A stretch of DNA of 64,000 bases from Candidatus Latescibacterota bacterium (lineage in GTDB: Bacteria > Latescibacterota > UBA2968 > UBA8231). Within the stretch, counting starts at the first letter, position 1. Each line of letters begins with the position of its first letter. The translations under genes and the position numbers were made by a program. Location: contig OZ241362.1 in the NCBI GenBank assembly GCA_965200315.1, forward strand, positions 4,736,001 through 4,800,000, given 5' to 3'. Positions 10,101 to 19,563 of this stretch are shown in pieces. Under the pieces are notes generated by a model that did not search any database, had not been told where the DNA came from, and worked only from the letters and a program-made list of their open reading frames with translations.

Positions 10101-10544
10101 CCGGAGCTTGAGTTCGCGGATCAAGAGGCCGGCCATGATGGTTTTACCAGCCCCTGCGTCGTCGGCGAGCAAGAAGCGTACGCTGGGCAGCTTGAGGAGG
10201 TGCTCGTACACCGCTTCGAGTTGGTGTGGTAGCGGATCTACGTGCGAGATGGAAAGCCCGAAATAGGGATCGAATTCGTAGGCGATGCCGAGCGCATAAG
10301 CTTGGAGGCCGATTCGCAAAAGCCGCCCGTCGCCTTTGTAGGAAAGAGCTGCGTCGGCGATGGTCAGGTTGGAAATATCAGTGGAAGAGAGCGCGACCAG
10401 ACGGAACTGCTCGGACTGTTGGCCGACGAGGCCAGCCTCTAGGTAATCAGTACCGTTTGCACGAACGGTTACTACTCGCATCGGCTCGCTGAACAGCGGG
10501 CCGGTCAGTATCTGCCCTTCGCAGATGGCGGATTCAACCATCAT
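7122..10544 (-). CDS. SNF2-family helicase with C-terminal DUF3883 nuclease-like domain
   Basis: LADDAGAGKT, DEAH, TATPH, GEGINLQ, QRMGRIHRYGQ; C-terminal GYDITS...IEIKG. Confidence 0.93.
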   Translation of the reverse strand: MMVESAICEGQILTGPLFSEPMRVVTVRANGTDYLEAGLVGQQSEQFRLVALSSTDISNLTIADAALSYKGDGRLLRIGLQAYALGIAYEFDPYFGLSISHVDPLPHQLEAVYEHLLKLPSVRFLLADDAGAGKTIMAGLLIRELKLRGLIERVLVVCPANLTFQWQRELKEKFDEKFLVMKGSDIRDQFGVNQWLEQKQIITSLDLAKRTEVLPGLQQVHWDLVIIDEAHRMSARDETHKSQRYRLGELLRDRTDHVLLLTATPHKGDPQNFTLFLQLLDRDAYADVSSIREAMQRRRAPFYLRRTKEAMVYFPECQTDGTWAAKPVFTKRIPHTAEFAIGGAEFELYQNITRFVKRQSARAAAQGDDPRARAVGFLMSLYQRRLASSTYAMRRSLENRARRLEEGLKRAQELVKTAPPDLPDLEELEELEDAERERLEETLEAITLAGNAEQIREEIGELLQFAKEAKAVEAAGRGAKLGHLRKIMQEEGFFDRPDQRLLLFTEFKDTLNHLMEHLQAWGFRVGCIHGGMKPGSRDEPGSRLYTEQQFREGAIQVLVATEAAGEGINLQCCHILFNYDIPWNPNRLEQRMGRIHRYGQRHDCLIFNFVATNTIEGQVLQRLLDKLQEIRDALDDAVFNVVGEVLPSAHVERVLRDYYAGKLGDSDLEERLLQDVDEGHFRSICQTALEGLASKKLNLDMLVERRAKAQERRVVPETIARFIAECAQHAALTLKPVSHLAHTFDPGRTPPKLKEYEHNSDWKLPELAVRYPRLSTDREAAEQHNLEWVTPGHPLFEALRRHSLNLGRETFAQGACFHSLAHAAPARLDFYRARVVDGLGKVVHERLFTVELTDGGSPCLREPDVLGNLSPTAAPSDLPPVAALPEATAWLNENSLVPFIKEVRAERRAEVKRIADHVELSLTEVIQRADDDIGRADDERKNNATGAEGRFAQAEARHAEVMARRDRRRDEFERQRALTLQGVERLASALILPHPERETLDVRRLRPHPETEMTAMRVVMEYETAQGRQVEDVHEKNLGYDITSLDLASGELRLIEIKGLAAATGSILLTPNERRVAEDRRECYWLYVVTNCASRPELQKPIEDPARFSWREVTKVQHYWLSVDTLKQPMEVREDAANYT

Positions 10545-11657
10545 TCCACCACGCGAAAAGCTCCCCCACCTCCATAGTCAGTTCGCGGCCCTGACCGCCG
10601 TCCTCGCGCACCGCGAGCTGGCCAGCCGCGTATTCGACCACGGCGACGCCAGCGAAGTCGGCGGGAATCGCCATGAGAAAGTTGGCGTAGGTAAAAACTT
10701 GGGTCTCGTCGGCGTCGATGAAGCGCAAAATTGGCCGACCAAATATGCGGCCCTTTTCCAACAACACCGGCCCGGGTTGGTGTAGGCCCGTAGTGCCAAA
10801 CTCCAAGCCGCGGGCAAAAGGCTTGCCGTCGCGGACGTGCCGCCAGGCGTCGAACCAAGGGTATTCCTCCATCGGCCAGATGTAGCCGAGCAGCAGCCCT
10901 TTGCTCGCGTTGATGGCCGTGGTCCAGCCGTATTTTTCCTCGATTATGTACGAGACGACTGCTGGCGAGGCGTCATCTGTCAGGTGCCGAATATCGACCT
11001 CGGTGCCGTCCTTTTTGAGTGCGGCGGGCCAGCGCACCTCCGGGTCTTCGGGCGTCGGCATGGGCGTTTCCTGCATAAAGCCGCGCGTACCGTTGGCGTC
11101 GACGCGGGTGCTCTCGTCCAAAAAGGGCGGCCCAATGGTCGGGTGCTGGACGATGTTGTACACGCGGCCCAAATGGCGGGTGTTGGTAACGGCCTCGGCG
11201 ACCGCAAAGACGGCCTGATCCTTCGCCATGCGAATTGAGCGCACGACCTCGAGGCTGGCCAAGGGTAGCTCGGCTGACATCTGGGCATGAGGTAGCCGTC
11301 TGCTGCGCGGACGTCCTCATCTATTGTCCACCACACGCGCGTGGCCTCGCCGTGCCAGCCCATGCCGTGAGCCTGCTCGGCTTCGGTGGCCGGTCCCCAG
11401 CGGTCGAGGCAGAGGAAGTGCCCCATGGAGCGCGGCTCTATGGGCGGTGCTTGGTCGGGGGTGTCGCCGAAGGACCAAGAGTCCCATTGCAGGGGATTGA
11501 GCGGGTTGCTTTTGAGGTGGAAGTCAGAAATGGAGCCACCGCCTAAATCGACGACGAGCATGGCTGCTTGGCCGTCGAGTACGAGGCGGGGGCGATCTTC
11601 GGCCGTGCTATGCGAAGCCGTCCAGAGGAGGGTAGTGAGGAAGAGGGGCCATCTCAT
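10534..11657 (-). pseudogene. Secreted galactose-mutarotase-like protein split by a 1-nt frameshift near 11285
   Basis: AAGGAG RBS and signal peptide MRWPLFLTTLLW; HFLCLDRWG...HGEA in one frame, MSAELPLA...QHPT...RGLEFGT in the next. Adding one G (ATG [G]CC CAG ATG) joins them. Could be a sequencing error. Confidence 0.7.
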
Positions 11658-11754
11658 TATAATAGGTGCTCCTTTTATGGGTGGGGATGGCAAACGGGGC
11701 TTAACAATACTAGAAATTGACAGCAGACAAAAGACGGCGGATGTTGTTTCTGGT

Positions 11755-13821
11755 ATGAGCGTTTTTCTAATCACCACCCTTTCTATCCTCGTCCTAAGCG
11801 GTTGCCAAGAACCGGCCGGCCGCTCAGCAGCGTTCCTCCAATCGTACTACCAAGGCTTGGATTTGCTGGAGCGCTATCGGCTCAGGGCGGCCGAACGCGC
11901 CTTTGCGCATTGCGTCCGGTTGGAACCCGAAGCCGCCGAGGGCTACTGGCAGCTAGGGAGGGTGCGGCTCGTGCAGGGGCGGATAGAAGAAGGCGTGGGG
12001 TTGCTGGAACAAGCGGCGGCACTAGACCCGGCATTGACGGCGGCGCGGTCGCTGGTGTTGGAGACGTTTTTGGGGCGGGGGAAAGAGGCACTCGAAGAGG
12101 GGCAGTTCGCGCCGGCGGAAAGGTATTTGCAGCGGGCGTTGGCCGTTGATCCCCAAGGATATGAGTCGCTCTACTGGGCGGCGATTGCTGCGCTGTGGCA
12201 GGAGGATTATGCCCGCGCCGATTCGATTTTGCAGCAGGCCGTGGCGCTGCATCCCGAGCCTCTGGAGTTGCGCTGGCACCGGAAGTGGGTGCGGGAGGCT
12301 CTGGGGCGGCCGGCGACCGGGGAGTTTGCTGACGCCGTGCCGCAGGGGACTATCAGTGGGCGGTTTAGCGAGATCAGCGTCGCGGCTGGGGTCGATAAAT
12401 TCGACGGCGGCCGCGCCAGCGCTTGGGCCGACTACGACGGGGATGGGGACCTCGACTTGGTCGTCATCGGCCATCCCGAGCTGGCGTACTTCCGCAACGA
12501 CGGCGCACGCTTTGCCGAGCGGACGCCGGCCTCCGGCTTGATGCTGCCCAACGGCGGGATCGGGGTACAGACGGCCGACTACGACAACGACGGGGACGCC
12601 GATGTATATGCGACGCGCGACGGGTGGTTTGGCGGCGGCGCGAATGTGCTCTTCCAAAACGATGGCCGGGGCGTCTTCGCCGATGTGACGGAAGCGTCGG
12701 GCACGGGCGATCCGGGGTCGAGCTTTTGTGCCGCGTGGAGCGACTTCGACCGCGATGGCTATCTCGACATGTACGTGGCCAACGGCACGGGCGCGACCGG
12801 CGATTCGACCAATGTGCTCTATCGCAACCAAGGCGACGGCACTTTTGTCGATGCGGCGGAAGCCGCGGGGGTGGCGCACAGGGGGCAGGCGTTGAGCACG
12901 GCGTGGGGCGACTTTGACGGCGATAGTTGGCCCGATCTGTACGTGTGCAATTTTACCGAACCGAACGTGCTCTTTCGCAATCGGAGCAACGGTGAGTTTG
13001 TCGATCAGACGAAAGCAGCCGGTGTAGGTGCCGAGCACATCGACGGCTTTATAACGTTCGTCCTCGACTACGACAACGACGGTGCGCTGGACATCTTCGT
13101 GGGCAACTGGAGCCAGTACCCGGTGGTGCTGGCTGATCGGGTCGCCGGAAAATCGACGAGCGAGCGGGACCGACCGGTGCTTTTTCGCAACAAGGGAGAC
13201 GGCACCTTCGCCGATGTGACGGAAACAGCCGGGCTAGAGCGAGCGCTGGGCACGATGAGCGGCGTTCCTGGCGATGTGGATAACGACGGCTGGGTAGATA
13301 TCTACCTCGGCAACGGCGGGCCGCAAATGGGCCGGCGCGAGCCGGATGTGCTTTACCGCAATCGGGGGGACGGCACCTTTGTCGATGCGACAGAAGCTGC
13401 CGGGCTGGGGCACTTGGGCAAATCGCACGGCGTTACTTTTGCCGACTACGACCGCGACGGCGACCTCGACCTGTATGCGCCGGTGGGCGGTGCGCAGCGA
13501 GGCGACCAGTGGCCCAACGCCTTCTACCGCAGCGAGGGATTTGGCAATCACTACTTGGTGCTGGAGTTGGAAGGGGTCGAGAGCAATCGCGACGGGATTG
13601 GTGCCAAGGTGTGGGTGCATTCCGGCGAGCTGATGCAGTTTGCAGAAGTAGCTTCTGGATACAGCTTCGGCAACAGCAACAGCTTGGAGTTGGAATTTGG
13701 TTTGGGGCAACGGGTGCGGGCCGACCGCATCGAGGTGGCGTGGCCTAGTGGACAGGTTGATGCGTATCGGGACGTTGAGGCCGATCAGCACTTGGTGCTT
13801 AGGGAGGGGGAGACGCGGTGA
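11755..13821 (+). CDS. TPR + FG-GAP repeat ASPIC/UnbV (CRTAC1-like) lipoprotein
   Basis: Lipobox LSGC after MSVFLIT; TPR helices; repeated DYDxDGxxD; C-terminal NRDGIGA...FGLG...WPSG. Confidence 0.88.
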   Translation: MSVFLITTLSILVLSGCQEPAGRSAAFLQSYYQGLDLLERYRLRAAERAFAHCVRLEPEAAEGYWQLGRVRLVQGRIEEGVGLLEQAAALDPALTAARSLVLETFLGRGKEALEEGQFAPAERYLQRALAVDPQGYESLYWAAIAALWQEDYARADSILQQAVALHPEPLELRWHRKWVREALGRPATGEFADAVPQGTISGRFSEISVAAGVDKFDGGRASAWADYDGDGDLDLVVIGHPELAYFRNDGARFAERTPASGLMLPNGGIGVQTADYDNDGDADVYATRDGWFGGGANVLFQNDGRGVFADVTEASGTGDPGSSFCAAWSDFDRDGYLDMYVANGTGATGDSTNVLYRNQGDGTFVDAAEAAGVAHRGQALSTAWGDFDGDSWPDLYVCNFTEPNVLFRNRSNGEFVDQTKAAGVGAEHIDGFITFVLDYDNDGALDIFVGNWSQYPVVLADRVAGKSTSERDRPVLFRNKGDGTFADVTETAGLERALGTMSGVPGDVDNDGWVDIYLGNGGPQMGRREPDVLYRNRGDGTFVDATEAAGLGHLGKSHGVTFADYDRDGDLDLYAPVGGAQRGDQWPNAFYRSEGFGNHYLVLELEGVESNRDGIGAKVWVHSGELMQFAEVASGYSFGNSNSLELEFGLGQRVRADRIEVAWPSGQVDAYRDVEADQHLVLREGETR

Positions 13822-15188
13822 AGGGGCTGACCGCCATCGCGCTGTTGTTGGCTGGGTGCGCCGAGCCGGATGCGCCGACCGCGTACCGCCAAGCGCAGGC
13901 ACTGATTGGCGGCCGGCCGTTGCGGAGCTTGAGTCAGGCCGAGTTGGCGCAGGCCGAACGCCTAGCAGCGCAGGCGCGGGCCCTCGATCCCGAGCTGCAC
14001 GAGGCGGCCTTTGCGTTGGCGGCGCTCTACGCGGCGCGTGGTGCGTACGAAGACGCGACTGTGCTCTACCGCAGCCTAGTGGAGGCGCGTCCCGACGACG
14101 GGCGAGCCTATGCCGAACTGGGGCTTAGTCTAGCCTCCCAAGGACGCTATCGCGGCGCGTTGCGCGCCTATCAGGATGCCGTGCGCCGAGGCGAGAAGTC
14201 GGCGCTGATCTACGCACGGCTGGGCCATGCCTACCAGGCGCTCGGCCACTTGCCAGAAAATCTCCACGCGGCGCAGGCGGCCTATCGCGCCTCCCTACAG
14301 CTTGTGCCCGTGCAGGCAGAGGTGCGCTATCAGCTAGCGAGGGTAGAGGCGCGGTTGGGGCGAGACGAGGCGGCGCACACGCTGATGGAGCAGGCGCTGG
14401 ATGCCGCGCCCGAAGACCCTGGGATCCGGGCCGACCTCGCCGCGCTCTACAGAGAGGCCGGGCACCGGGAATTGGCCCGCGCCGCGCTGGTTGAGGGTTT
14501 GGCCGCACGCGACGGGGGGGGCGAGGAGGCTGTCTTGCACTACGAATTGGGTCGGCTGCTCTGGGAGGAAGGGGATGGCGTGGGGGCACTGGCGCAGTTT
14601 GAACAGGCGCGGGTCGCCGACCCCGACCTGTACCCCGTTTATCGCTATCTCGGTTTGATCCACAGCGCAGCGGGGCGGCTGGACTCGGCCTTGGCCGCGT
14701 TTGTCGAGTTTGCCGACCGACAGCCTAGCCATGCTGCTGCCCAAGTAAGCATCGGCATCGTCCATAGCCGCCTGGGTGCGCTCGATGCGGCGGAAGCGGC
14801 GTTTAAGGCGGCGCTCGCCTTGGGAGGTACGGAAGGGGACGCGGCTTTGAAGTTGGGTGGGCTATACGTGCATCAGCGGCGGTTGCGGGCGGCCGTGCAG
14901 GTGTTCAAAGAAGCCACGGCCGCCTATCCGCATCACGCCGAGCTTTTTGCGTCCTTGGGCGATGTCTATCGGCAGTTGGGCTTATTTGCCGCGGCCGTGC
15001 AGGCCGGCGAGGAGGCCGTCCGGCTCGAACCCGAGCGGGCGCTGTGGCGCTTCCACCTCGCCTCGACCTACGAGCGATTAGATTCCGACCAAGCGCGGGC
15101 CGAGTGGCGCGTGTACATGGCGTTGGCGGAGGAGGACGAGCGCGAGGCGCAGCGGCTGGCCCACGTAAAATTAAAAATTAAGAACTGA
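13818..15188 (+). CDS. Tetratricopeptide repeat lipoprotein
   Basis: LAGC lipobox, tandem TPR-like helices; GTGA overlap. Confidence 0.85.
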   Translation: MKGLTAIALLLAGCAEPDAPTAYRQAQALIGGRPLRSLSQAELAQAERLAAQARALDPELHEAAFALAALYAARGAYEDATVLYRSLVEARPDDGRAYAELGLSLASQGRYRGALRAYQDAVRRGEKSALIYARLGHAYQALGHLPENLHAAQAAYRASLQLVPVQAEVRYQLARVEARLGRDEAAHTLMEQALDAAPEDPGIRADLAALYREAGHRELARAALVEGLAARDGGGEEAVLHYELGRLLWEEGDGVGALAQFEQARVADPDLYPVYRYLGLIHSAAGRLDSALAAFVEFADRQPSHAAAQVSIGIVHSRLGALDAAEAAFKAALALGGTEGDAALKLGGLYVHQRRLRAAVQVFKEATAAYPHHAELFASLGDVYRQLGLFAAAVQAGEEAVRLEPERALWRFHLASTYERLDSDQARAEWRVYMALAEEDEREAQRLAHVKLKIKN

Positions 15189-15305
15189 TGTTCCGCAGCC
15201 TTCCGCAGCGTCTGCCGCTTGCGGCCTCACCTGTCGTCATTCTCGCGCAAGCTGGAATCGAGCGGGGAGGGGTTGGCTGATTCCCAATTCCAAAGGTGAT
15301 ATTCT

Positions 15306-16172
15306 ATGATTGACCTAGTGGCTTTTGACCTCGACGGCACGGTGCTCGACTCAGAAGGGCGGCTGGCGGCTTCGGCTGTGGCGGCCATCGAGGAGCTGAT
15401 TGGGCGCGGCATCCCCACAGCCAGCATTAGCGGGCGCAGCATCCGCCGTGGCCAATACCCTTTTGCGGCCTACCCAGCACTGGCGCGGGCGCTCTACATA
15501 GGTGGGTACAATGGCTCGGTGGTGCTCGGCCCAGGCGAGGGGGCGGAGCGAGAAGTGCTGCGCGAGGAGCGGTTGGACGAGGCGTCCTTTGCCCAGATAG
15601 TTGAATACGGGCGTGCAGAGGGGCTAAACCTGATCTACTGTCTGTTTGAACGCACGGCTGAGGGGGTCGCCGAGGAGTATCGGTTCGTCCGGCCCATGGA
15701 TTACCTCGAATCGTTTGAGGAGCCGGGCATGGTGCGCGACGGCGATCTGTATGCACGCTGCCAGAGCGGCGAACTGGGCACACCACCCAAGGTCATGCTG
15801 GAAGTAGAACCGGAGCGGCGAGAGCGGCACATCGCCGCTATTGAGGCACTGTGCGGCGATCAGCTATATGTGGCTTGGGCGCATCCCGGGATGGTGGAGT
15901 TTATGCGCCGGGGGGTGAATAAGGGCGTGGCCTTGCGGGCGCTGACCGAGCGGGTGGGCGGGCGCGCCGAGCGCGTCTTGGCGATAGGGGATGCGAACAA
16001 CGACTTGCCCATGTTGCGAGCGGCGGGAATCGGGGTGTTGCTGGGGAATGCAAAGGACGAGGTAAAGGCGGCTGTGGCCGGGGATGGGGTGCGGATTGGA
16101 CCGAGTTTTGCCGAAGATGGATTTGCCAAGATGGTGCGGGAATACGCGCTGGATGGACAGGAGCCGGAATGA
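15306..16172 (+). CDS. Cof-type HAD-IIB hydrolase
   Basis: DLDGTV, SGR, NKG and GDANNDLPM motifs. Confidence 0.92.
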   Translation: MIDLVAFDLDGTVLDSEGRLAASAVAAIEELIGRGIPTASISGRSIRRGQYPFAAYPALARALYIGGYNGSVVLGPGEGAEREVLREERLDEASFAQIVEYGRAEGLNLIYCLFERTAEGVAEEYRFVRPMDYLESFEEPGMVRDGDLYARCQSGELGTPPKVMLEVEPERRERHIAAIEALCGDQLYVAWAHPGMVEFMRRGVNKGVALRALTERVGGRAERVLAIGDANNDLPMLRAAGIGVLLGNAKDEVKAAVAGDGVRIGPSFAEDGFAKMVREYALDGQEPE

Positions 16173-16876
16173 TGCGAGTGTATTGCGGAATTGTGCTTTG
16201 TGTTGTTGTTGCGGCCTCGGCTTTGGCCGAGGAAGGACAAGCTGCGGCCGACTCTCTCAAGGGTGGGGAGATGGTAAAGATCGCAGGGGGAGAGCACGAG
16301 TTTTACATAGACAAGTACGAGGTGACCAACGAGGAGTACGCCGCGTTTCTGACCGAGAAGGGCAACGCCAAGGTGGAGGGCATGTACTGGGTGGAGCTGG
16401 GGAGTCGATATACGGCACTGGTGGAAGAGGAAGGCGCGTACAAGGTCAAAGAAGGGTTTGCGCGGCATCCGGTCATCGAGGTGTCGTGGTACGGGGCGAT
16501 GGCCTATTGCCAGTGGGCGCGCAAGCGCCTGCCGACTCAGGAGGAATGGCAATTCGCCTGTGAGGGAACCGCAGGGCTAAAGTACCCGTGGGGAGGGGAC
16601 TTTGAGGCGGGCCGCGCCAATATCTTCGGCGATAAGGACGGCTACGGGCGGACCGCGCCGGTGGGGTCCTTTCCGAGTGGAGCCAGCCCCTTTGGACTGT
16701 TGGACATGGGCGGCAATGTGTGGGAGTGGACGCAAGGAGGCGAGAAAATGCAGTTTTTGCGCGGGGGGTCGTGGGTCAACGGCCCGACCTTGACCCAGTG
16801 CAACAAGCGGACCAACACCAAGGACTCGCATTCGTATATCAAGGGCAACACCATCGGCTTCCGCTGCGCCCGCTGA
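16169..16876 (+). CDS. Secreted SUMF1/FGE-sulfatase-domain protein
   Basis: YEVTN, HPVIEVSW, RLPTQEEW, DMGGNVWEW, GFRC; lacks the FGE catalytic Cys pair after RGGSW. Confidence 0.9.
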   Translation: MMRVYCGIVLCVVVAASALAEEGQAAADSLKGGEMVKIAGGEHEFYIDKYEVTNEEYAAFLTEKGNAKVEGMYWVELGSRYTALVEEEGAYKVKEGFARHPVIEVSWYGAMAYCQWARKRLPTQEEWQFACEGTAGLKYPWGGDFEAGRANIFGDKDGYGRTAPVGSFPSGASPFGLLDMGGNVWEWTQGGEKMQFLRGGSWVNGPTLTQCNKRTNTKDSHSYIKGNTIGFRCAR

Positions 16877-16958
16877 GCGGTCTTGCAAATAAGTTCTGAT
16901 GTTACGCCCGGGGTCGGTATAAGCGGCTGATGGTTGATTTGCGGCCCGCTCTCCGCCG

Positions 16959-17006
16959 GGATCGAGGGCGTCCCCGCCCTCGCCGAGGGCAAGATGCCCT
17001 CGATCC
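16959..17006. repeat. REP-like inverted pair (GAGGGCRTCYYGCCCTCG)
   Basis: GGATCGAGGGCGTCCCCGCCCTCG followed by the inverted CGAGGGCAAGATGCCCTCGATCC; related unit near 18894-18912. Confidence 0.6.
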
Positions 17007-17093
17007 GGTTAGGCCAGTGGCGGCTACTTAGGCGATGCGGAACATCGGTTAAGTTTATTGCCTGAATTCAGTGTCGTTAGAGCCTCCAACTCT

Positions 17094-18734
17094 ATGATTC
17101 TCGTCTTTTTGTTATTCACAGTCGCCCGTGCCCAAGCCGATCCCTTCTTCGTGGATGCGACGCGAGAAGCTGGCCTAGACCATCCCACCGTCAACGGCGG
17201 CCCACACAAGCGTTTCATTCTCGAATCCACTGGCAGCGGCGCGGCATTTTTCGACTACGACGGCGACGGCGATCTCGACCTCTATGTGGTGAATGGTTCG
17301 ACCTATGCCAACTACAATGCGGGGCCGGGCAATGTGCTCTATCGCAACGACGGCGGAACCTTTGTGGCAGTCGCAGCCGGCGTCGAAGATCGCGGTTGGG
17401 GCAGCGGTGTGGCTGTGGGGGATTACGACGGCGATGGGCAGCGCGATTTGTATGTGACCAACTACGGAGCTAATGCGCTCTATCGCAATCGCGGGGATGG
17501 GACGTTTGCTGCGGCCGCCGAGCAGGGCGAGGACTTCAGCACGAGTGCAGCGTTTTTCGACTACGATGGCGACGGCGACCTCGACCTCTACGTGGCCAAC
17601 TACGTGGTCTTCGACATTGAGCCGGTGTTGCAAGACCCGGAGTTGGACGATCCCTGCATCTATTTGGGCGGGCTGCGGGTCTTTTGTGGGCCGCAGGGCA
17701 TGGAAGGCGGGCGGGATCGGCTCTACCGCAATGATGACGGGATATTTGCCGACGTCACGACCGAGTCCGGCGTGGCCGCGGCCAATGCTTACTACGGCAT
17801 GGGCGTGGTCCCGGCAGATTTTGATCTCGACGGTGATCCCGACCTGTTCGTGGCCAACGACGAGACGCCCAATGTGCTGTTTCGCAACGATGGCGGTCGC
17901 TTGGGCGATATAGGCTTGCAGGCCGGCGTGGCGTACAACGGCGACGGCGAACTTGAGGCGAGCATGGGCGTAGATGCGGGCGATTGCGACGGCGACGGCG
18001 ATCTCGACCTCTATGTGACCAACTTCTACGGCGAGACCAATACGCTCTATTTGAACTCAGGCGGCGGAACCTTTGTTGACGCTACAAGCGAGCGCGGCTT
18101 GGCCGCTCCGACCGTGGGTTATCTCGGCTGGGGTACGCGCTTTTTCGACTTTGACTTCGACGGCGACCTCGACCTGTTCGTGGCCAACGGTCACGTCTAT
18201 CCACAAGTTGACGCGACTTCGGCGGGGGGACGCTACGGCCAGCGCAACCAGCTTTTCGCCAACGAGGGCGAGGGCGTCTTCTCGGTGGTGGAAGGGGCCG
18301 GCCCCGGGCTAGCGGTAGAGAAGTCGAGCCGTGCGACTATCAGCGGCGACTACGACCAAGACGGCGATGTCGATCTGTTCACGACCAATATCGACGACAG
18401 CCCAACGCTCTTGCGCAACGACACGCCCACCGGTCGCTATCTCGTGGTGCAAATCGACCCGGAGGTCGTCGGCACTTGGGTGCGGCTAGTGGCGGGTGGG
18501 CGGACGCAGGTGCGGTCGGTTGGCGGGGCCGCGAGCTATTTGGGCCACAGCGACGTGCGTCTGCACTTTGGCTTGGGCCGGGCCGAGCGCGTCGAGCGCG
18601 TGGAGGTACTGTGGCCCGATGGCGCGAAAGTGCGCGTAGAGGACGTGCCGGCGGGTGAGCTGCTGGTCGTATGTAAGGAACAGTCGCACGTTTTGCGGGA
18701 CTTGGGCGACGGCCCGGCGCACAAGCGGCGATGA
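17094..18734 (+). CDS. CRTAC1 family (FG-GAP/ASPIC-UnbV) secreted protein
   Basis: Signal peptide MILVFLLFTVARAQA; GSGAAFFDYDGDGDLD repeats; LHFGLG...WPDG. Confidence 0.9.
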   Translation: MILVFLLFTVARAQADPFFVDATREAGLDHPTVNGGPHKRFILESTGSGAAFFDYDGDGDLDLYVVNGSTYANYNAGPGNVLYRNDGGTFVAVAAGVEDRGWGSGVAVGDYDGDGQRDLYVTNYGANALYRNRGDGTFAAAAEQGEDFSTSAAFFDYDGDGDLDLYVANYVVFDIEPVLQDPELDDPCIYLGGLRVFCGPQGMEGGRDRLYRNDDGIFADVTTESGVAAANAYYGMGVVPADFDLDGDPDLFVANDETPNVLFRNDGGRLGDIGLQAGVAYNGDGELEASMGVDAGDCDGDGDLDLYVTNFYGETNTLYLNSGGGTFVDATSERGLAAPTVGYLGWGTRFFDFDFDGDLDLFVANGHVYPQVDATSAGGRYGQRNQLFANEGEGVFSVVEGAGPGLAVEKSSRATISGDYDQDGDVDLFTTNIDDSPTLLRNDTPTGRYLVVQIDPEVVGTWVRLVAGGRTQVRSVGGAASYLGHSDVRLHFGLGRAERVERVEVLWPDGAKVRVEDVPAGELLVVCKEQSHVLRDLGDGPAHKRR

Positions 18735-18784
18735 CGAGCGAATATACGGGTGCTGCCTCGCGATAGCTCGAGTTTGAAAATAGA

Positions 18785-19133
18785 TATAGCAATCCTACAT
18801 CATTCATATTTCACATAGCAATCCGACACGACGGACGCGGCGCATAGGAGCGCACCCGGTTTGGTCGAGCCCCCGGCGCACCCCCGCTGGGCTCGAGGAC
18901 ATCCTGCCCTCGAAAAACGCCGTACGCTTAGGCAACGCGCCCGCCCCGCCGCCCGACGGGCGCGGTAAAAGTGCTTCTGATGGCCGCATCCTACATGACT
19001 TGCGGTGCTTGCCGGGTTGTGCTCTCGTCGCCTTGGCCCCGCTGGTGCTTGGTGGTCCATGCGTGCGTCCTTGGGGGGCCGCCCGCGCACCCAGCGATAA
19101 TCCACATCTCACGAATGAGGTAGGATGGCTATA
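18785..19133. mobile_element. MITE-like element, copy 1 (possibly nested)
   Basis: Terminal inverted repeats TATAGCAATCCTACATCATTC / GAATGAGGTAGGATGGCTATA; extra TIR-like starts near 18815 and 18987; internal GCCCGCGCACCCAGCGAT shared with copy 2. Confidence 0.7.
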
Positions 19134-19508
19134 GCAGTTGGCAGGTCGTGCGCGAGCTGCTGAGCTGTGGAGCCGAGATACACATTGTCAACCTCAAGCG
19201 GCTCATGCACGTCAAGAGCTACGGGTCGAAGACCTCCAATGGAGAGATGATCGTCGTCACCAGTGGCAACTTCACCGGACCGGGCATGGCCCAAAACGTC
19301 GAGATGGCCATTTTGCTCGATCATGCGACAACCCGCAGTTTGCGCTTTTCTTGGGACGACATGCTTGATGCGATGTTCGCACAACGCTGGGATTTCTACC
19401 AACCGAACCTTGCTAACACAACGTTCACAGGCAATCGCGGCAAGCGGTACAGGCTTCATATCCAATCAGGAATTCCAGACCACAATCGGCCGTTCGTCGC
19501 ACTCATAA
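19133..19508 (+). pseudogene. Relic of a BfiI-like phospholipase-D-family restriction endonuclease
   Basis: SSWQVVRELL...KRLMHVKSYG...SGNFTGPGMAQNVE (HxK...N...E), then an abrupt jump to FTGNRGKR and frameshifted GFISNQEF. Matches R.BfiI as recalled. Confidence 0.75.
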
Positions 19509-19563
19509 CCCCATCTCTTAATTTCAGCGAGCGTTGCCGATTTCCTCCACCCTCTATGGGCGA

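Noticed and set aside
16169-16876. Active formylglycine-generating enzyme or DGR target
   Set aside because: Catalytic cysteines absent; no reverse transcriptase or template repeat seen in the window.
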